A DNA stretch of 64,000 nt from Prasinococcaceae sp. CCMP 1430 (GCA_013416795.1 RQSC01000015.1:229696-293695), one strand, 5' to 3'. Positions 1 to 11,650 are shown, numbered from the stretch's first letter. Translations and numbers: made by a program. Notes: generated by a model not told the origin, from the sequence alone.

Positions 1-2
1 GC

Positions 3-518
3 GGGGATGGCCGTGAGCCGAGCGGCGGCGGTGCCATGCGCTGGCAGTCAGGCAGTGGCGTGGAGAGCGTGCTACTTAAGCTCTCGTTTGGCGTTGGCGG
101 CTGCGGCCTCATCCTGCGCCGCCAGACCGCCGCGCGCATCGGCGTGGAGAGCGCAATCGAGGCGAGCGGGGTGGTGAGCGGCGCGGGCAGTGAGAGGGCG
201 CGCATGGCGCGAATCGGGCAGCCGCTGCCCGAGACCAACCGGTCGCGCGATGCAGAGCAAGGCGGCGTGAGTGCGCCCCCAGGCGTGGGCGACGAGGACG
301 TCTTCTCGACGCGCCTCGCGGCGGTCGAGTTCAAGGGCGCGACGATGCGCGGCGTGCGTGCGCTGGTGCACAAGGGGGAGCTCCCGCAGGATATCGAGCT
401 CGCCGAGGCCGCCGGAGGTGCGGCATGCGCGCAGCTCCTCGACGGGGGCACGCTCCTGTGCCTCGACGTGCCCGGGGATCGGGTGTCAATTTCGCGCTTG
501 GATAAATACTTCACGTAG
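3..518 (+). CDS. 3' end of an unknown protein (5' part outside window); weak resemblance to a degenerate retropepsin-like aspartyl protease fold
   Basis: Open frame from the window start to TAG at 516-518, convergent with COG1. GxxxLILxxxxAxRIG and a terminal LDVPGDRVSI are reminiscent of retropepsin-like domains, but there is no catalytic DTG. Confidence 0.35.
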   Translation, partial: GDGREPSGGGAMRWQSGSGVESVLLKLSFGVGGCGLILRRQTAARIGVESAIEASGVVSGAGSERARMARIGQPLPETNRSRDAEQGGVSAPPGVGDEDVFSTRLAAVEFKGATMRGVRALVHKGELPQDIELAEAAGGAACAQLLDGGTLLCLDVPGDRVSISRLDKYFT

Positions 519-531
519 TTATTAGTGACTA

Positions 532-3500
532 TTAGTTGTTGGCGAAGAGGCTCTTGCCACCGCTGAAGATGTCGCGCATGTTCGCCTGAATGTCGCTCTG
601 CAGCCCCTTGAGGTTGGTGCTCAAACCCTTGTAAACGGCCGCGGCGCCCGCGGGCGTGAAGGAGCCTCCAGTGTCACCAGCCGTTGCGGCTGCTGCGCGT
701 GCCTTGCGCTTCGCACCGCCGGCTGGCTCGGCAAACGAAAAGTGTGCATCCAGAGCGCTCGCCTCGGCAGACGGCGCAGCGGTGGCGACCTCTGGTGGCG
801 GGCCGCACGCGAGAGCAAGCGCGTCCGCCTCGGAGAGGCGGGCGTTGGCACGAGCGCCACGTAGGTTGCGCCCTTTCAAGCGCACGCGAGCGCCCGGGCC
901 TCCGCCGGGCGTGGGTACGGGCAGGTACGCGAAACGCGACGCCGGAGGCGTGCTACGCATGGTGTTGGCGTCGGTGACCGACGAGCTCGCGGTCGTGTTC
1001 GCGGTGGCCTTGCCAAGAGCGCCGCCGTCGGGATCGAACGGTGCTGCCGCCGTGGCGAGCGAGCCGTACAGGACCGCGGAGCGCTTGGCAAACCTCGCCT
1101 CGCTCTTCCACAGGTGAGGTTCGTATGTAGCCCAGTCGATAGGGTCCAGGCGCGCAGAGAGCGACAGGACCAGGGGGCCGCTGATCTGATCGTCCGCCGC
1201 GCGCGACCGGCTCCCCGCCGCTGCTCGCGCTGCGCTCGCTGCTGCCGCTGCAGCAGCGGCAGCCGCGGCAGCGGCAGCACCGCGCACGCGGGCTGACGCC
1301 GACCTAGCACCGAGTGAGCTCGGGTCGGCGGCGACAGCCATCGCCGGCGGCGCGTCTGTCGACGTATCCCGCGCCCCGGCAAAGGCGCGGCCCATGAATC
1401 GAACGTCCATCAACAGCTGCAATGCCCCCTTGACAGTTGTTGCCGCGGCGCGCTGCCGTTCTGACTTGGAGACACTCGTGCCCATTGCGGCTGAAGCCTC
1501 GGCGTCGACACGGTACGGCAGCAGCGCATGCGCGATCCGCCCACGCAGAGCGAACGCCAAGAGCTGCACGGCCTCGCGCTCAAGACTGGTGCCGGCCACA
1601 CGGCGCGCCTCGGTAGCCGTTCCAGTCAGGGCAGCGAGCAGGTACGAACTCGGCTGTGCTGGCAGTAGGAGCTTGGCAGCCTCGTCTACGCACTCCCAAT
1701 GGGCAGGGGCCACGGTCGCCACAATGGTTTCATCCGCCTCCAAGGCAGCGTCGTACGCACCACCGTGCCGCTCCGCGACGAATTCCGCCCACAGGCGCAA
1801 CACGCCCATGCCCGCATCCCACAGGGCGTTGCACGCCTCGGTGAGCTCGCGAGAAGGAGCGTCTGCCGCACCCGAGCGCGCCGAGTAATCACGCGCCCGC
1901 GTCCTCGACGATGACTGATGCTCCCCTCCCGCAGCGGCGCTCCTCTCGGCCGACTCGGGCCAGCCGCCAGGTATGCCGAGCATCCGAGGGAGCTCCTTGC
2001 TCTGTGTACGAAGCGCCCAGCAGAAGCGCCCCGCGAGCAGCGCCCTCTCGATCCCAATGCGCGCAGGCCCGCTCGGCTGGCCGGGCAAGCACACCGCGGT
2101 CGCATCCGCGATGAGGCGCTGGCACGTCTTCGTCAGAGAGGCGATCGCCCGCCCGCACGCTGCCCTCGAGTGCGCGGGAAGCACCGCGCGCCTGTGCGCG
2201 GAGCAACCCTCGATCAGTAGCCCTGCCGCGCCGTCGAAGATGCTGCCGAGCTGCTGGTCGAAGCTGGAAACGAGCTCGGCGATGCGCGCGCCGAGGAGCG
2301 GCTGGCGCTCAGAGCTACCAGGCTCATTGCTCGAATCACCAACGAGCCATGGGTCAGCCCATGGCCGGGCGGCATCGGCCTCTGTGAGCGCCTCGCATGT
2401 CGCCACAAGCTCGTCGTGACAGGCGAGCCCCTTCAGCGAGCTCTCGACTAGTGCCATCGCGCGCGAGGTAAAAGGCTCGTCAAACAACAGCGTCCAAGGG
2501 CTTCGTGCCGACTGATCGGCCGCAGAATCCGCCAGAAGCCCTTGCCGAGCAGGCGCCCACACAGGGTCGCACTCTGCGGCGATAGCGCTGATCTCGAGGC
2601 CCTCCTTCTCGACCGCGGCCAGCTCCAGCGGCGTCTCGAGCGCAGCCAGGAGTGGCCCCGCCGCTTCGCCGAGAGCGACTTTGGCCTTGCCCACAAAGGC
2701 TTCGCACGCGGCTTGAACGGCCGGCAGTTCGGGAGGCTGAAGCCTCGAGGCGAGCGCTTCGGATCGCTCGAGCAGGGTCTGAGCTTGCTCGTTGGCTGCC
2801 GGCAAGTCGACGAACGGCGCCGCGGCCACAGTCTTCACTCGAGCGGCCAGGTTGTCACCATCCGTGGCCAGCAGGGCATACGCAGACGACAGCGCCTCAC
2901 GAGTGTGGCTCGCAGCGGCGGCCAACACAGACGCGATGCCTTCCCCGCTAGCGGTGTCGGCGCCTCTCACCGCGCGAGCCGTCGCCTCGCAGCGCGCTTC
3001 GAGCCATCTCGAGAGCAGTGCCGGCGCAGTGACGGATTCGTCCATGAGCGCGAGCGTCGCCAGCGCCGCCGCCGCCACCTCGATCCCACACTCCGCCTCT
3101 GCGATGGCTCCGTCGGCGCGGCGCTCGATCTCGCCTCGAAGCTTTTGCACGAGAGGCCACTGGTGCCGCAGGAGCGGGAAGCGCGATCGGCTGGCCGCGT
3201 CCACTTTGGCGTACACGTCGCCCGCGCGCACGAAACGCTCGGCGGCCTCATGCAGCTGCCCCTCGTCGAGATGCCCCCACACTTTCTCGGGGGTGTCCAC
3301 GATGAACTTGATCCGGCAGCTGAGCGCGTACGCCGCATCTCGCTCCTTCGCCTCTGCGTCAGCATCGGCGTCCTCGCCGGCGGGCGTGGCCATGGCGGTC
3401 GCCGCCGCCGCTTCGAGCTCCAGCAAGCAGCTGTGCGTGCGCGCCGCCGCCGCACCCGCCTCGTCGCACAGCGTTCCCATGCGCACTATGCTGTCTGCGC

Positions 3501-3690
3501 TCGCGAGCAACTCGCGGTACGATCCCCCCACGAGCTCGCGCAGCTCGGCCGTCTTTTCGCCGATCTCCACGCGGGCGCGCGCCTCGATCTGGCGCACGTC
3601 GGCGATCGAGCGCGTCTCGAGCAGGCGCTCCACGCTCACCATCTGCGAGTCGCCCCCTTTGGCCGGCTTCGTGGCCATAGCCACCACCAT
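532..3690 (-). CDS. COG1: Conserved oligomeric Golgi complex subunit 1 (Vps51/COG1 family), about 1052 aa, intronless
   Basis: N-terminal ERLLETRSIADVRQIE...ELRELVGGSYRELLASADSIVRM matches the COG1 Vps51 domain. IKFIVDTPEKVWGHLDE and the late RLDPIDWATYEPHLW are also COG1-like. ATG at 3690 (alternatively 3678). Confidence 0.85.
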   Translation of the reverse strand: MVVAMATKPAKGGDSQMVSVERLLETRSIADVRQIEARARVEIGEKTAELRELVGGSYRELLASADSIVRMGTLCDEAGAAAARTHSCLLELEAAAATAMATPAGEDADADAEAKERDAAYALSCRIKFIVDTPEKVWGHLDEGQLHEAAERFVRAGDVYAKVDAASRSRFPLLRHQWPLVQKLRGEIERRADGAIAEAECGIEVAAAALATLALMDESVTAPALLSRWLEARCEATARAVRGADTASGEGIASVLAAAASHTREALSSAYALLATDGDNLAARVKTVAAAPFVDLPAANEQAQTLLERSEALASRLQPPELPAVQAACEAFVGKAKVALGEAAGPLLAALETPLELAAVEKEGLEISAIAAECDPVWAPARQGLLADSAADQSARSPWTLLFDEPFTSRAMALVESSLKGLACHDELVATCEALTEADAARPWADPWLVGDSSNEPGSSERQPLLGARIAELVSSFDQQLGSIFDGAAGLLIEGCSAHRRAVLPAHSRAACGRAIASLTKTCQRLIADATAVCLPGQPSGPARIGIERALLAGRFCWALRTQSKELPRMLGIPGGWPESAERSAAAGGEHQSSSRTRARDYSARSGAADAPSRELTEACNALWDAGMGVLRLWAEFVAERHGGAYDAALEADETIVATVAPAHWECVDEAAKLLLPAQPSSYLLAALTGTATEARRVAGTSLEREAVQLLAFALRGRIAHALLPYRVDAEASAAMGTSVSKSERQRAAATTVKGALQLLMDVRFMGRAFAGARDTSTDAPPAMAVAADPSSLGARSASARVRGAAAAAAAAAAAAAASAARAAAGSRSRAADDQISGPLVLSLSARLDPIDWATYEPHLWKSEARFAKRSAVLYGSLATAAAPFDPDGGALGKATANTTASSSVTDANTMRSTPPASRFAYLPVPTPGGGPGARVRLKGRNLRGARANARLSEADALALACGPPPEVATAAPSAEASALDAHFSFAEPAGGAKRKARAAAATAGDTGGSFTPAGAAAVYKGLSTNLKGLQSDIQANMRDIFSGGKSLFANN

Positions 3691-3727
3691 GGCGTCCGCC
3701 CTCCTCGGATAACCCTGACGGCACCGC

Positions 3728-4931
3728 GTGCGTGAGGAGCGCCCGCCCGGGGCCGCTGCCGCGCCCGAACGCGACGATGCGGCGTGGACGGCGCACGTGC
3801 CCGACTCGGTGTACGCCGTGGCGTTCCACCCGAGCGCCGACGCGATCGTCGCCGGTGGCGGCGACGAGGTCGGCCGCGCGTGGGCGCCAGACGCAGGGAC
3901 CGCGCCGGTGCGCGAGCTCGGCGGCCACACGGACTCGATTACCGCGGTCGGCTTCAGTGCCGACGGGGCGCTGCTCGCCACTGCGGGCTGCGACGCGCGC
4001 GCACTGGTGTGGGACTCGGCCACCGGGGAGCAAAAGAGCGCCCTCGAGGGCCCGGCGGAGGGCATCGAGTGGCTCGAGTGGCACCCGCGAGGGCACGTGA
4101 TATTGGCGGGGGCGGAGGTGCGGGCGCGTGGAGCCTCGCGCGACGCCGCGCCCCGCCGCGCGCTGGCGTGCGTCGTTGCATGCGCTCGCGAGCTGACGCG
4201 CTGCCGCGCGGCGCGGACCCTGCGCCGCGCGCGACTGCCGCACGCAGGATTTCACGGCGTGGATGTGGAACGCCGATACAGGCGCGTGCATGCAGGTGTT
4301 CACCGGCCACTCTGGCAGCGTGACATGCGGTGGCTTCACGCCCGACGGGCGCACCGTGGTGACGGCTTCTGCGGACGGCAGCCTGCGCGTGTGGGACCCG
4401 CGCACGGGCGCGTGCGGAGCGAGCGTGCAGGGCCACGGATTCCACGAAGGGCCCGTGAACTGCCTGGCGTTCTCACCGGACGGTGCGACGACAGTCACTG
4501 GCGACGAGAACGGCCTCGTGTGCGTGACAAGCGTCGGGGGCGGGCGCCCGCTACAGCAAATGCGCGCGCACACCGACGCAGTGGTTGCCACGGGCGTGTG
4601 CCCCGCAATGCCTAGCATTTGCGCCTCGGCTGGCTCGGATGGCAAGGTGGTTGTGTGGGATATGCCATCAGGCACCGCGCGCGCCTCGATCGACGTGGGT
4701 GCGCCGTGCAGCGCGATGACCTTCCTTCCTGGCGCGCAGGGAGCGCTCTTCGCGGTGGCGACCACGGCGGGCGAGTTGGTTGTTTACGACTCGCGCAACG
4801 CCACCGAGATGAAGCGGCTCATCGGCCACGCCGAGCCCATCTTCGACGTCAAGGCGAGGGCGAACGCCGACGGCTCCGTCACGCTGCTCACGGGCAGCGA
4901 CGACAAGACAGTGAAGCTCTTCAAACTGTAA
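3728..4931 (+). CDS. WD40-repeat protein, AAMP/SQT1 family (uL16 chaperone); exons about 3728-4117 and 4248-4931; start codon unresolved
   Basis: WD repeats GHTDSITAVGFSADG, LEGPAEGIEWLEWHPRGHVILAGAE|DFTAWMWNA and GHSGSVTCGGFTPDG are typical of AAMP/SQT1. A 130-nt GT-AG intron at 4118-4247 with branch GCTGAC at 4192 restores the frame. Confidence 0.8.
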
Positions 4932-5072
4932 CTTTAATCGGTCCGCTCACAGGGCTGGACGTATTAGCATGGGTGCGGCGGTGGTAGCGACGGCGTGGTG
5001 CGCGCACACGTGGCCGCCAGCGCTCGCAGGAGCGCACCCAGACGCGAGGCGGGCTCTCGTGCTACGAGGCAC

Positions 5073-5834
5073 TCAAGGCGTCGAAGCTGCAGCTAGCGCC
5101 TCCACCAGAAACTTGGCGCTCTGCTCGACACCGCACACGGTGTGCCCCTCAGGCGCGGTGAACGCCTCAACGCGAGCGCCAAGCGGCGTCAGGATGCGTG
5201 CTGCGCGCGCCGCCGACTCAGCGCCGAGCGCGGGCGGCGTGATTTGGTCGTATTCGCCATGCGAACAAAGCAGGGGTACGCCCGCCAGCCGCTCGCCCGA
5301 TTGCGCCGCCATCCTGAAGTCCCTTCCAAGCCGAGTCAGCGGATCCTCGACGTCCGAGAAGAGCACGCCGCTGCTGCACACAGCAGCGCTGACGAGCGCA
5401 CGCTCGGGCCAGCCGCGGCACAGAGCGGCATATGATATGGTGGCGCCTTGAGAAAACCCCCACAGGGCGACGTGCTGTACCTCGTAGGCCTCTCTCACCC
5501 ATGCCGTGAGCTCCAGCAGCGTTTCGGCGCTCTCGGCCACAGTCTTCTCGAGAGCGATGGGCTCGGGTCTGCTACTGTACCCCTCAAAGTGGCGCGCACC
5601 GCCTCCTTCTATGTCGAGCCGCCCGCGCGCGGACACGGCGCTCACAGGGAACCCCTCTGCGTCCGCCACCTTCTGAAGGAGAGAAGCTATTGGGAGCAGG
5701 CCATACTCATCGTCGCCCGTGCCGTGCAGGAAGATGACGGCGGCACGCGCGCCGGCGGCCGGCATGGCAGCGTGCGTCATCGGCGCACCCCGCTCGCCGG
5801 CCTGCACATGGCTTACACGCTCGGCAGCAGGCAT
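5073..5834 (-). CDS. Phospholipase/carboxylesterase (alpha/beta hydrolase, abhydrolase_2 family)
   Basis: IFLHGTGDDE oxyanion region, nucleophile GFSQG, acid HGEYDQIT and terminal GHTV. Start is ATG 5834 or 5780. Confidence 0.75.
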   Translation of the reverse strand: MPAAERVSHVQAGERGAPMTHAAMPAAGARAAVIFLHGTGDDEYGLLPIASLLQKVADAEGFPVSAVSARGRLDIEGGGARHFEGYSSRPEPIALEKTVAESAETLLELTAWVREAYEVQHVALWGFSQGATISYAALCRGWPERALVSAAVCSSGVLFSDVEDPLTRLGRDFRMAAQSGERLAGVPLLCSHGEYDQITPPALGAESAARAARILTPLGARVEAFTAPEGHTVCGVEQSAKFLVEALAAASTP

Positions 5835-6097
5835 CGCGAGCCGGCCACCGCCCACGTGCACGCGAACAGCGGGCGAGGGGCGGGCGCGGGCAGCGTTCCC
5901 CCACCGCCTATCAGAGGTGGCGGTCAGCAGGCGGAGCGCGCACTTGCCCAGCCCTGCGCCGCACGGCCCCATGTGCATGCAGCCCCGCGCGCGATGTGAC
6001 GCCCGCCGCGGACGCGGCGCGTGCGCCACGTGGCGCTGCCCCGCCCCGAACCGCGAAACGTGCATCCGAACGCCACTTTGGGTACACCGATAGTAAC

Positions 6098-8520
6098 TTA
6101 CAAAGTCTGCGCCCCTTGCCCCCCAGCTGCATGCAAGGCTCGCTGCGCCGCTTCTACGCGCGCACGCAGTGCGTTGCGGCGCATGAGCGCAATGCCCAGT
6201 GCGAGCGCCAAGAGGGTGATCACCAACCCCTCCCAGTCAGCGCCGTCCCAGGGCGACTTCACCGGGGGCGCCTCAACGCGTGGTGCGTCCTCACTCCCGA
6301 CAGAGTTGTCGCTGGCAACGCTATCGCTGCGTGCGTCCTCTGCGCCGTTAGTGGCCGCCTGCGCCTTGGCCTGTCCTGTGCCGGCCGCATCAAGGTTGGA
6401 AGCGACCGCGCGCGCACTCTGAGCGCTATTGGAAGCCATATCCGCCACGCCGTCGGGCCCATCGAAGAAGTCCTCCGGCTTGAAGCCATCTGACGACAGC
6501 ATCCACGTGCGCGCACGGTCCCACAGCCCCCTCAACCCGAGCGTCTCGAGCATTCCAAGGCACATACCCCGGCCGCACTTCTCCTCCACCCACTGCTCGA
6601 CCGCCAGCTTGGCGAGCGCGAGCCACGCCGGCACGTTGGCCTCGGTGCTCTGAGAGCGCGCCCTGTCAAAGAAGCGTTTGGCCAGGTGGGGGTCGCGTGG
6701 CATTCCCACGCCGTACTCGTGCATGATGCCCAAGTTGAACATGGCTTGTGGCAAGCGTGCTGCGGTGCCTGCGCGGTACACCGCCGCAGCCTGCCGCGCC
6801 GACTTCTGCACGCCACGCCCATAGTAGTGCGCGTCGCCAACGGCCAGCAGGCTCGCCTCGTTGCCCAGCTCGGCGGAGAGCCAGTGCATCTGCAGCGCGA
6901 GCTCGAGTGCCTGCGTGCGGTTTCCGCCGAACACCTCCGCGTCGCCCTCGCCCCTCTCGATCATCCACGCTACGTTCGCTTGCGCCACCTCGAAGCCCAT
7001 GAAAGCGGCCTTGAGGTAGCGCGTGAGCCCCGCGGCGCTATCACCGGCCTTGTATCGCGCGTGCGCGGCGGTGAGCTCGCCCGCGACGACATTGCCACGC
7101 TCTGCCACTGCTTTCATCAGTGAAAGCGCCGTCCTGCAGCTCATTGGCGCGCCCAGCCCCGCGGCGTGCATGATCGCCAGGTTGTAGATGGCAATGGTGT
7201 GACTCTGATGCGCGGCCAGCGAGAAGTGATAAAACGCCTTCGAGTGGTCCTTTCGAGGCACACCCACACCCGTGACGTACATCGCCCCCAGGTGGAACTG
7301 CGCGTCCGCAGACCCACGCTCGGCGGCGCGCGTGAAGTACTTCATCGCCGCCGCGGGGTCTTTCTGCACGCCGTATCCGGTGAGGTGCATGTAGCCAAGC
7401 CCATAGAGAGCGAAGGCGTTATCATTCGCCTCCACCGCCTCCCGGAAGAGTTTGAGCGCCGTGGCGTTGTCCTGCGGGGTACCCAGTCCGTTCGCATGCA
7501 TGTGTCCAAGGTGCGCGGCCGCGTCTGCATCGCCCTGCGCAGACGCGCGGCTGAGGTACTGCAGCGCGCGCGTGTGGTCGCGCTCGATGCCGTGCCCGCC
7601 GAAGTTGAAAAGCTGGCCGATGGCGGCCTGCGCTCCAGCATTGCCCAGGTCGGCAGTATACACGTAGTACTCGACCATCTGCGCGCTCGATCCCCCCCCG
7701 CCTTGCTCCGCCTCAGCCGACAAGCGCACTTTATCAGCGCCGCGCGGCGCACCTGGTGCGCGCCCCATCTCGACCACTCGCTCCGCGACCGGCTGGTAGT
7801 ACAACACCGCTGCGTGGCATTGCTTCGGCGCCCCCCAACCGACGCTGTGCCTGAAGCCCATGGCCATCTGAGGCGCCGCGAGAAGACACAGTGCGCCGGC
7901 GGCGGTCAGTACACCCGTTCCGTGTGCGCCTTGCGTCTGTGGCGCAGCTTGGCAGCCGCGTTCCCCCGCTGGCGCGCGCGGCGAGCGAGTGCATGCGCGG
8001 GCGCACGCACCTGTGCATCGACATCGCCTGCCGACGCTGCAAAGTAAAGGTGGATCCCTGCACGCGCAACGTCCGCGCCGCCGGGCGCCGTCCCCGCGGC
8101 ATACATGAATCCTATCTCTGCTTGCGCACTCGCATCGCCTTCGGCAGCGGCGGCCGAGTAGAGCGCGTGTGCGCGCTCCACATCAACGGAGTGGCCGGCG
8201 AGACCGTAGTGGTGGACGTGTGCGAGCTCGCGTGCCGCCGCGGCGCTGCCTGCGTCCGCGGCCTTCTCGAGGACTGCGACCGCCTCCGCCGGCCACTCCC
8301 CGCGCCCGAGCTCGCCGTGCATGTGCTCGTTGCGGATCGCCTCTGCGCTTGTGAAGAGCGCGTCGGCGTCGCCGCCTTCCGTGGTGGCGGCTAACCCGTC
8401 GCCCCCGCCCACACCCTCTGCAATTGCGGCGGGCACGCCAGTGCCCGCGAGCGCCGCGAGCAGCAGGGCGCCACGCGCCGCACGCCGCGCGCTGCCACTC
8501 CCCTGCCACGTGCACAGCCG
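6098..8520 (-). CDS. HRD3: SEL1L/HRD3 ERAD component with SEL1 repeats and C-terminal TM; exons about 8520-8011 and 7867-6098; 5' start unresolved
   Basis: Signal-peptide-like LLLAALAGTGVPAAIA, many SEL1 repeats (AQAAIGQLFNFGGHG, AQFHLGAMYVTGVG), LKAAFMGFEVAQANVAWM, AMFNLGIMHEYGVGMPRDPHLAKRFFD and a C-terminal hydrophobic helix. A 143-nt GT-AG intron at 7868-8010 joins DVDAQ|MAMGFRH. Confidence 0.8.
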
Positions 8521-9099
8521 CCACCGCGGCTTGTCTCGCGCCGCGCCCCAACCCCTGCGGCCCCCGCGCCCCCCCGCGGGCGCGCGGGTGTACCCAGAGG
8601 CAGGGACGTGCCAGGAGAGGGCGTCTTTGTGTGGGATGGGGGGGAGGTGGGGTGGGGGGGGTGGGTGGAGGTGTCCTTTCGCAGAGCGCGCGGCGCGCGC
8701 GCTCTGGTACGTCTCCCTCCCCCTTCCCAACTCCACCCCCTGCCCCCTCAGCCCCCTCCTCCCAGCGCGCAGCCCTCCTGCACCTGAGCGCCCCCCTGCG
8801 CTGCGCGCCGTCGATCGCGCGCTGCGCGTGGCCCGGCCCCTCGCTCCTCGGCCTCCTCCTCACCCAGCAGGTTGCGGGAGAGGGGGGTTCCTTGCTGGCT
8901 GGTGGGGTTGGCGGACGGCCATGCGGAGTGACCTGCGGACCCAACAGCCGTCCGCCATTTTCCTTTACTTTGCCTCTCTCCTTTGTTTGGCTGTTTGTGT
9001 TTGTGTTTGGTTTTTGGCGGAGCGTTGCAGGCTTTTTTTTGGTTGGGCGTTGTTGCGGCGGGGCGCGCGCGCCACAGCGCGGCGCGGGCGCGCGCCGCG

Positions 9100-11500
9100 T
9101 TACAACTTCGTCAAGCAGGACTTGGTGCGTGGCTCGCGGCCGCGCGGAGGCGCGAGGCGGCCGTGCACGCAGAGCTCGAGGCCGTGGTGCGAGGCCGGCC
9201 GGCCGTCGCGAGGGAGCTGGGCGCGCTGGCGGAGCAGGCATCGGTCGTGGACCTCGTGAGCACGGATCTGTCACACCTCACGGTCTCCGTCAAGCATGCG
9301 TCCGCGCTTGCCGACTCGATCTCCTCGAAGGTGCGGTCCGCACGCGCCGAAGCGCGTGGGGCCGCCGTGATCGAGCGGCTGCGCGAGGTGCTGCTGCCCC
9401 GCGCCGAGCAGAGCCCGCGACGCCATGCCGCGGCGCGCACAGGTCGGGCCAGACGCGACATCTCTCATCACCTGCTATCCGCGTAGCTAACCCGTTCCCA
9501 ACCTCGACGTGCGTCTCGTGCGGCGGCACGACCAGGTGCGCGAGCTGGACACAGCGCAAGAGAACGTGCTGAGCGCGGTGCGGCGACTGCAGGCGATGGT
9601 CGATCGGGCGGGCTGTCTCGAGGGCGTGTCTGCCGCGATGGAGGCCGAGGATTACGAACGCGCCGCTGCCTTCGTGGCCGACTTCACCGCGCTGCAGAAA
9701 CAGCTGGGCGGGGGCGGGGCGGCGAGTGGCGAGGGCGCGCAGCTCTCGGAGCAGGAGACCAAGATGGGGGAGGCACGCGAGCGGCTGGTCGGAGTGGTGC
9801 GCGCGCGCTTCAGCGCCGCGTCGGAGAAGCGCGATGAGGGGGGCGCGCTTCGTTTCGCCAGCCTCATGCCGCAGCTGGGCCTCCTCGAGGAAGGGCTGCA
9901 GTCGTATCTGGGCTTCCTTCGCGCCTCAGTGGCCGCAGCGGCGCGTGAGGAGTTCGACGCGCTATCTGCGTCGCTGGATCGTGCGGCGACGGCCGTCCCT
10001 TTCGTGGAGACTCTCACCAACCTGCTGCGCATTGTAGCGGTACAGGCGGAGACCAACGCCCCGGTGGTCAGGGAGCACTTTGGAGCAGCAGCGCCCCAAG
10101 CTCTCGTGCAGGAGCTGCAGAAGGAATGCGACATCCGCGGCGCGCACGTGCTGCAACGATTTGTGGAGCACCGGCGCTTGCCAGCACTGGCGCGGCGAGC
10201 GCGGACGCACAGCGCAGCGGGAGCAGCGGACGGCGACGCCGTCGACCCGCGCGAGATCGAAGGCTTCCTTGACGAGATGCTCATGCTTGGTCAACGCGTG
10301 GAGGAGTACACGGGCTTCATGCTCGCGCAGATGCGCGCTGCGCATGGCGCAACGGACGACGTCCTTCCGCCGACGGCGATGGCCATGTTCAGGTCGGGCG
10401 ACCTGAGCCAGAAGCAGCAGGAGATCTTGATGTACTATGTGCAGCTGGAGGAGTACTTCATGACCTCGAACGTTCGGAAGGCGATCGACATCGACGAGGC
10501 CGCCCAGGACAGCCTGACGAGCTCTATGGTTGACGACGTGTTCTTCATCCTGCAGAAGTGCACGCATCGCGCAATCTCATCGCGCAATGTCCAGTGTGCA
10601 TGCGCGGGGCTGAATCATGTTGGCAACATACTCGGCAACGACTATCGAGACGCGCTGTCGGCGAAGCTGGACGCCGCTCTGGTCACTGCTGAGCACGTCG
10701 CGCAGAGGCATGCGCGGAAACCGGACGACGCGAGCGCGGACGTGCTCGCCGCAGAGGCTCGGCCGGCGCTGGCAGCGAGTGTGTCGGTCGCGCTCAACAA
10801 TCTTGACGTCAGCGCTGACTACATCTCCAAACTTTTCACGGTGCTGGACGATAGCTGCGCGGCGTTCTATCCTTCGGCCGCGGATCGCGAGCGCATGCAC
10901 ACAGTGCTGGCGGACATGCAGGCGGCGGCACAGGCGCTGCGCGCACTGCTCAAGTCTGCGCTGGAGCGCGCGTGTGAGCTGGCACTGGCACACGAGTCCA
11001 TCCGTGCCGCGCTCGCTGCCTCCAAGACCTGCAGCTACGCTCTCAGTGAGGAGGCCTACGCCGCGAACGAGCGCGTCGACCCGTGGGCGGTACCGCTCGC
11101 GACGGCGCTCGAGAGTGCGCTGTCGCCTCTCAGCGACGCCCTGTCGCAGGCAAACTACGACACGCTCGTCCTCGCGTGCGCAGAGCGGGTGGCATCGGCT
11201 CTTGAGCAGGGCCTTTTCACCAAGAAATTTAGCCAACTTGGCGGCCTGCAACTCGACCGCGAGGTTCGCACGGTCGTTGGCGCCTTCTCCGCGCTTGCTA
11301 GCGGCAGCGTGCGCGACCGCTTCGCCCGACTCACGCAGGTTGCCACAGTGCTCAACCTCGAGCGCGTTGCGGAGATCCTCGACTACTGGGGCGACAACGC
11401 GGGCGCCATCACGTGGCGGCTGAGTCCCAACGAGATCAAAAAGGTGCTTGCGCTGCGCTCTGACTTCAGCGAACACTCCATATCCGCGTTGCAGCTCTGA
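9100..11500 (+). CDS. COG4: Conserved oligomeric Golgi complex subunit 4; exons about 9100-9330 and 9536-11500; start unresolved
   Basis: ALADSISSK|VRELDTAQ across a 205-nt intron (9331-9535, branch GCTAAC 9486). Also TSSMVDDVFFILQKC and the C-terminal KFSQLGGLQLDREVR...RDRFARLTQVATVLNLE...WRLSPNEIKKVLALR. Confidence 0.9.
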
Positions 11501-11650
11501 TGAGCAGCGTCTGTAAACTATTTTGCCGCGGTATGGTACAAATCCGTACTCGCCCCCTCTCGTACTTTACAGCTGGGCTAGGCAATCCTAGGTCGCGCGC
11601 CTGTATCGTCTGTTGCTACGCGCCTGGGTGCCCACGAAGACGCCGGCGCC

